Made by a program: the position numbers and the translations under genes. This document shows, piece after piece, positions 62,527 through 64,000 of a DNA stretch of 64,000 nt. The notes below the pieces were generated by a model, which made no database searches, was not told the origin of the DNA, and saw only the letters and a list, made by a program, of their open reading frames with translations. Source of the stretch: Planctomycetota bacterium (GTDB taxonomy: Bacteria > Planctomycetota > SZUA-567 > H5-PLA8); NCBI GenBank assembly GCA_038227875.1, contig JBBRPR010000001.1:32001-96000 (forward strand), given 5' to 3'. The stretch's first letter is position 1. Each line of letters begins with the position of its first letter.

Positions 62527-64000
62527 ATGGAACGTGTTTATCTCGAGACCGAGCATCAGGAACTCTTTCACCGCAATACGAATCTGCACCAGCCGATTCC
62601 AGTCGCGATTCCCAGCGCGTTGAGTCCGCTGGGCTACTACGTCTGCTTGAAAGTGCCGACGGAGAAGCTGGCGGAGTTCGGCAGCGTGATCACGCGGCTG
62701 CAGGTCGGCGGATTGCGTCCCGATGATGTGACCTTGCGCGCCGGCGAGGGCATCGGCGCTCAAGAGCCGCGCGAACTGGCTTCGAAGACGCCGGGCTATT
62801 CGTGGTTGCTGCTGTGCCGAGCTCGGGCGTCGCGTGGCGATGGATGTTTGAACTTCAGCGGTGCGCCGTCGAGCGTGAGATGCGCGGACGTGCTGCTGTG
62901 TACGTGGCCGCGTTTCGTGGCCGGCGGACAGGCCGACGATTGGCTCGCCGCTCAGAGCGATCCGGCGTGGGCGCCGGGGGGCTTGCCGCTGGGCGGGATT
63001 GGTTGCGGCAAGGTGGAACTCTGCCGCGACGGACGTTTCCGCAATTTCAGCGGGAACAACAATCAGGACATGCCGCTGGAAGATCCGGACGGACTGCCGC
63101 GGGCGTTCATTTCGGTCAGCGACGGCGCCGACGAAGTGGCGCTGACCACGCGCACCATCGCCGGGTTGCGGCCCTGCGCGACGCTGCAAGCGCAGCTGGA
63201 ATTTCCGCAGGCACAGTTGACGGCGCGCGGGATTCTTTCCGGCGTCGACGTTCACGTGCGCTGTGCCGGGCCGCTGGTGCCGCATGATCTTCAGGTCTCG
63301 AGCCTGCCGGGATTCGTGCTGCGCGCGACGCTGAAAAATCGCGGCGTGTCAGAACGGACGTTAACGCTGCGATTGGCGTGGCCGAACCTGGTGGGGCAGG
63401 GCGGGGGCATTGGCGAAGCGGAAAGCCGCATCGGTTACGGCGATGGATATTATCGTTACTGGGACGCGCCGGACGGGCATTCGTCGCAGAGCGTGCAGGG
63501 GCAGGGCTTCACGGCGCTGCGCTACTCGAATAAGCCGTCGTCGATCTGCGCGACGGCCGATGGGCATCACTACGTCGCGGTCCGTTCGCGCCACAACGTC
63601 GCGGCGATCGTGAATACGGATCCGAAATTCGGATCGATTGCGCAGGCGGTTTCCGTTCCGGCTGGCGGTGAAGCGGTGATCGACATGGCCGTTGCCTGGG
63701 AGATGCCGCGGTACCTCGATCTGCTTGGCGTGGACCGCGGACACAACTGGCAGAACAGCTGCGGCGATGGCATGGCGGTGCTCGAACAACTTTTCGGGCG
63801 CTGCGAGGAGATTCTGCGCGAAGGCGGGGCGCTGAGCGAACTGCTCTCGCGCACAGAACTGCCGGCGTGGCTGCGCTCGCGACTGGTGAATTGCTGCTAC
63901 CCGCTCGTGACCAACTCGGTCTTCTACAAAGACGGGCGCTTCAGCATCAACGAGGGACCGACGGAAATGGGCGCGTGCTTCGGCACGATCGATCAGCGGC
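62527..64000 (+). CDS. GH116 family glycoside hydrolase (3' truncated), not in the ORF track
   Basis: Frame open from ATG 62527 to the window end. GLPLGGIGCGKVELCRDGRFRNF at about 62980-63048, SSLPG, LPAWLRSRLVN, DGRFSINEG..FGTID. Confidence 0.85.
   Translation, partial: MERVYLETEHQELFHRNTNLHQPIPVAIPSALSPLGYYVCLKVPTEKLAEFGSVITRLQVGGLRPDDVTLRAGEGIGAQEPRELASKTPGYSWLLLCRARASRGDGCLNFSGAPSSVRCADVLLCTWPRFVAGGQADDWLAAQSDPAWAPGGLPLGGIGCGKVELCRDGRFRNFSGNNNQDMPLEDPDGLPRAFISVSDGADEVALTTRTIAGLRPCATLQAQLEFPQAQLTARGILSGVDVHVRCAGPLVPHDLQVSSLPGFVLRATLKNRGVSERTLTLRLAWPNLVGQGGGIGEAESRIGYGDGYYRYWDAPDGHSSQSVQGQGFTALRYSNKPSSICATADGHHYVAVRSRHNVAAIVNTDPKFGSIAQAVSVPAGGEAVIDMAVAWEMPRYLDLLGVDRGHNWQNSCGDGMAVLEQLFGRCEEILREGGALSELLSRTELPAWLRSRLVNCCYPLVTNSVFYKDGRFSINEGPTEMGACFGTIDQR

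Noticed and set aside
1..64000. Long opposite-strand or alternate-frame ORFs (e.g. 4550-6184 -, 11375-13228 -, 23527-25362 -, 41391-42992 +, 56832-58931 -)
   Set aside because: They overlap well-supported genes and have Arg/Ala/Gly-rich, motif-free translations typical of shadow ORFs in high-GC DNA.
1..64000. CRISPR array, tRNA, rRNA, transposase or integrase
   Set aside because: No regularly spaced repeats, cloverleaf or rRNA-like sequence, or recombinase motifs seen by eye.

Overview
A GC-rich bacterial window with about 31 protein-coding genes and no RNA genes, CRISPR array or mobile element. Gene content (MoxR/DUF58/BatA/vWA, DUF4159, Zn-ribbon-TM-TPR protein, multidomain Ser/Thr kinase) suggests the PVC superphylum, probably Planctomycetota; this is an inference. 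Two long, tightly coupled operons face each other. The left one (+, <1-16915) encodes a >2340-aa TPR/Ig-repeat protein, an ExbB/TolQ-ExbD/TolR motor pair, two TonB/TolA-like membrane-anchored proteins (one ending in DUF4159 instead of a TonB C-domain) and a 2.1-kaa secreted multidomain protein. The right one (-, 53088-28238) encodes MoxR, DUF58, BatA-vWA, vWA-GATase-like, DUF4175-like and DUF4159 proteins, a CBM/GH-A-like/NPCBM protein whose catalytic motifs are all substituted, a HEAT protein, a 2.3-kaa paralog of the left giant, and a PQQ-propeller/CBM9-like protein. I propose they form one undescribed, PMF-energised envelope machine built partly from pseudo-glycosidases and assembled by MoxR. 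Between them lie an SGNH esterase, two tandem unclassified glycosidase-like paralogs, a small Cys-rich protein, a PhyH dioxygenase, a Zn-ribbon-TPR protein and a PA4064-66-like ABC/DUF3299 cluster. The right end holds a degenerate AGE-family epimerase, a lone HTH protein, a GAF-GGDEF-kinase-TPR fusion facing an MshEN-PilZ protein, a CBM9-like protein and a truncated GH116 gene that the ORF track missed. All family calls come from motif recognition by eye; no database searches were run.
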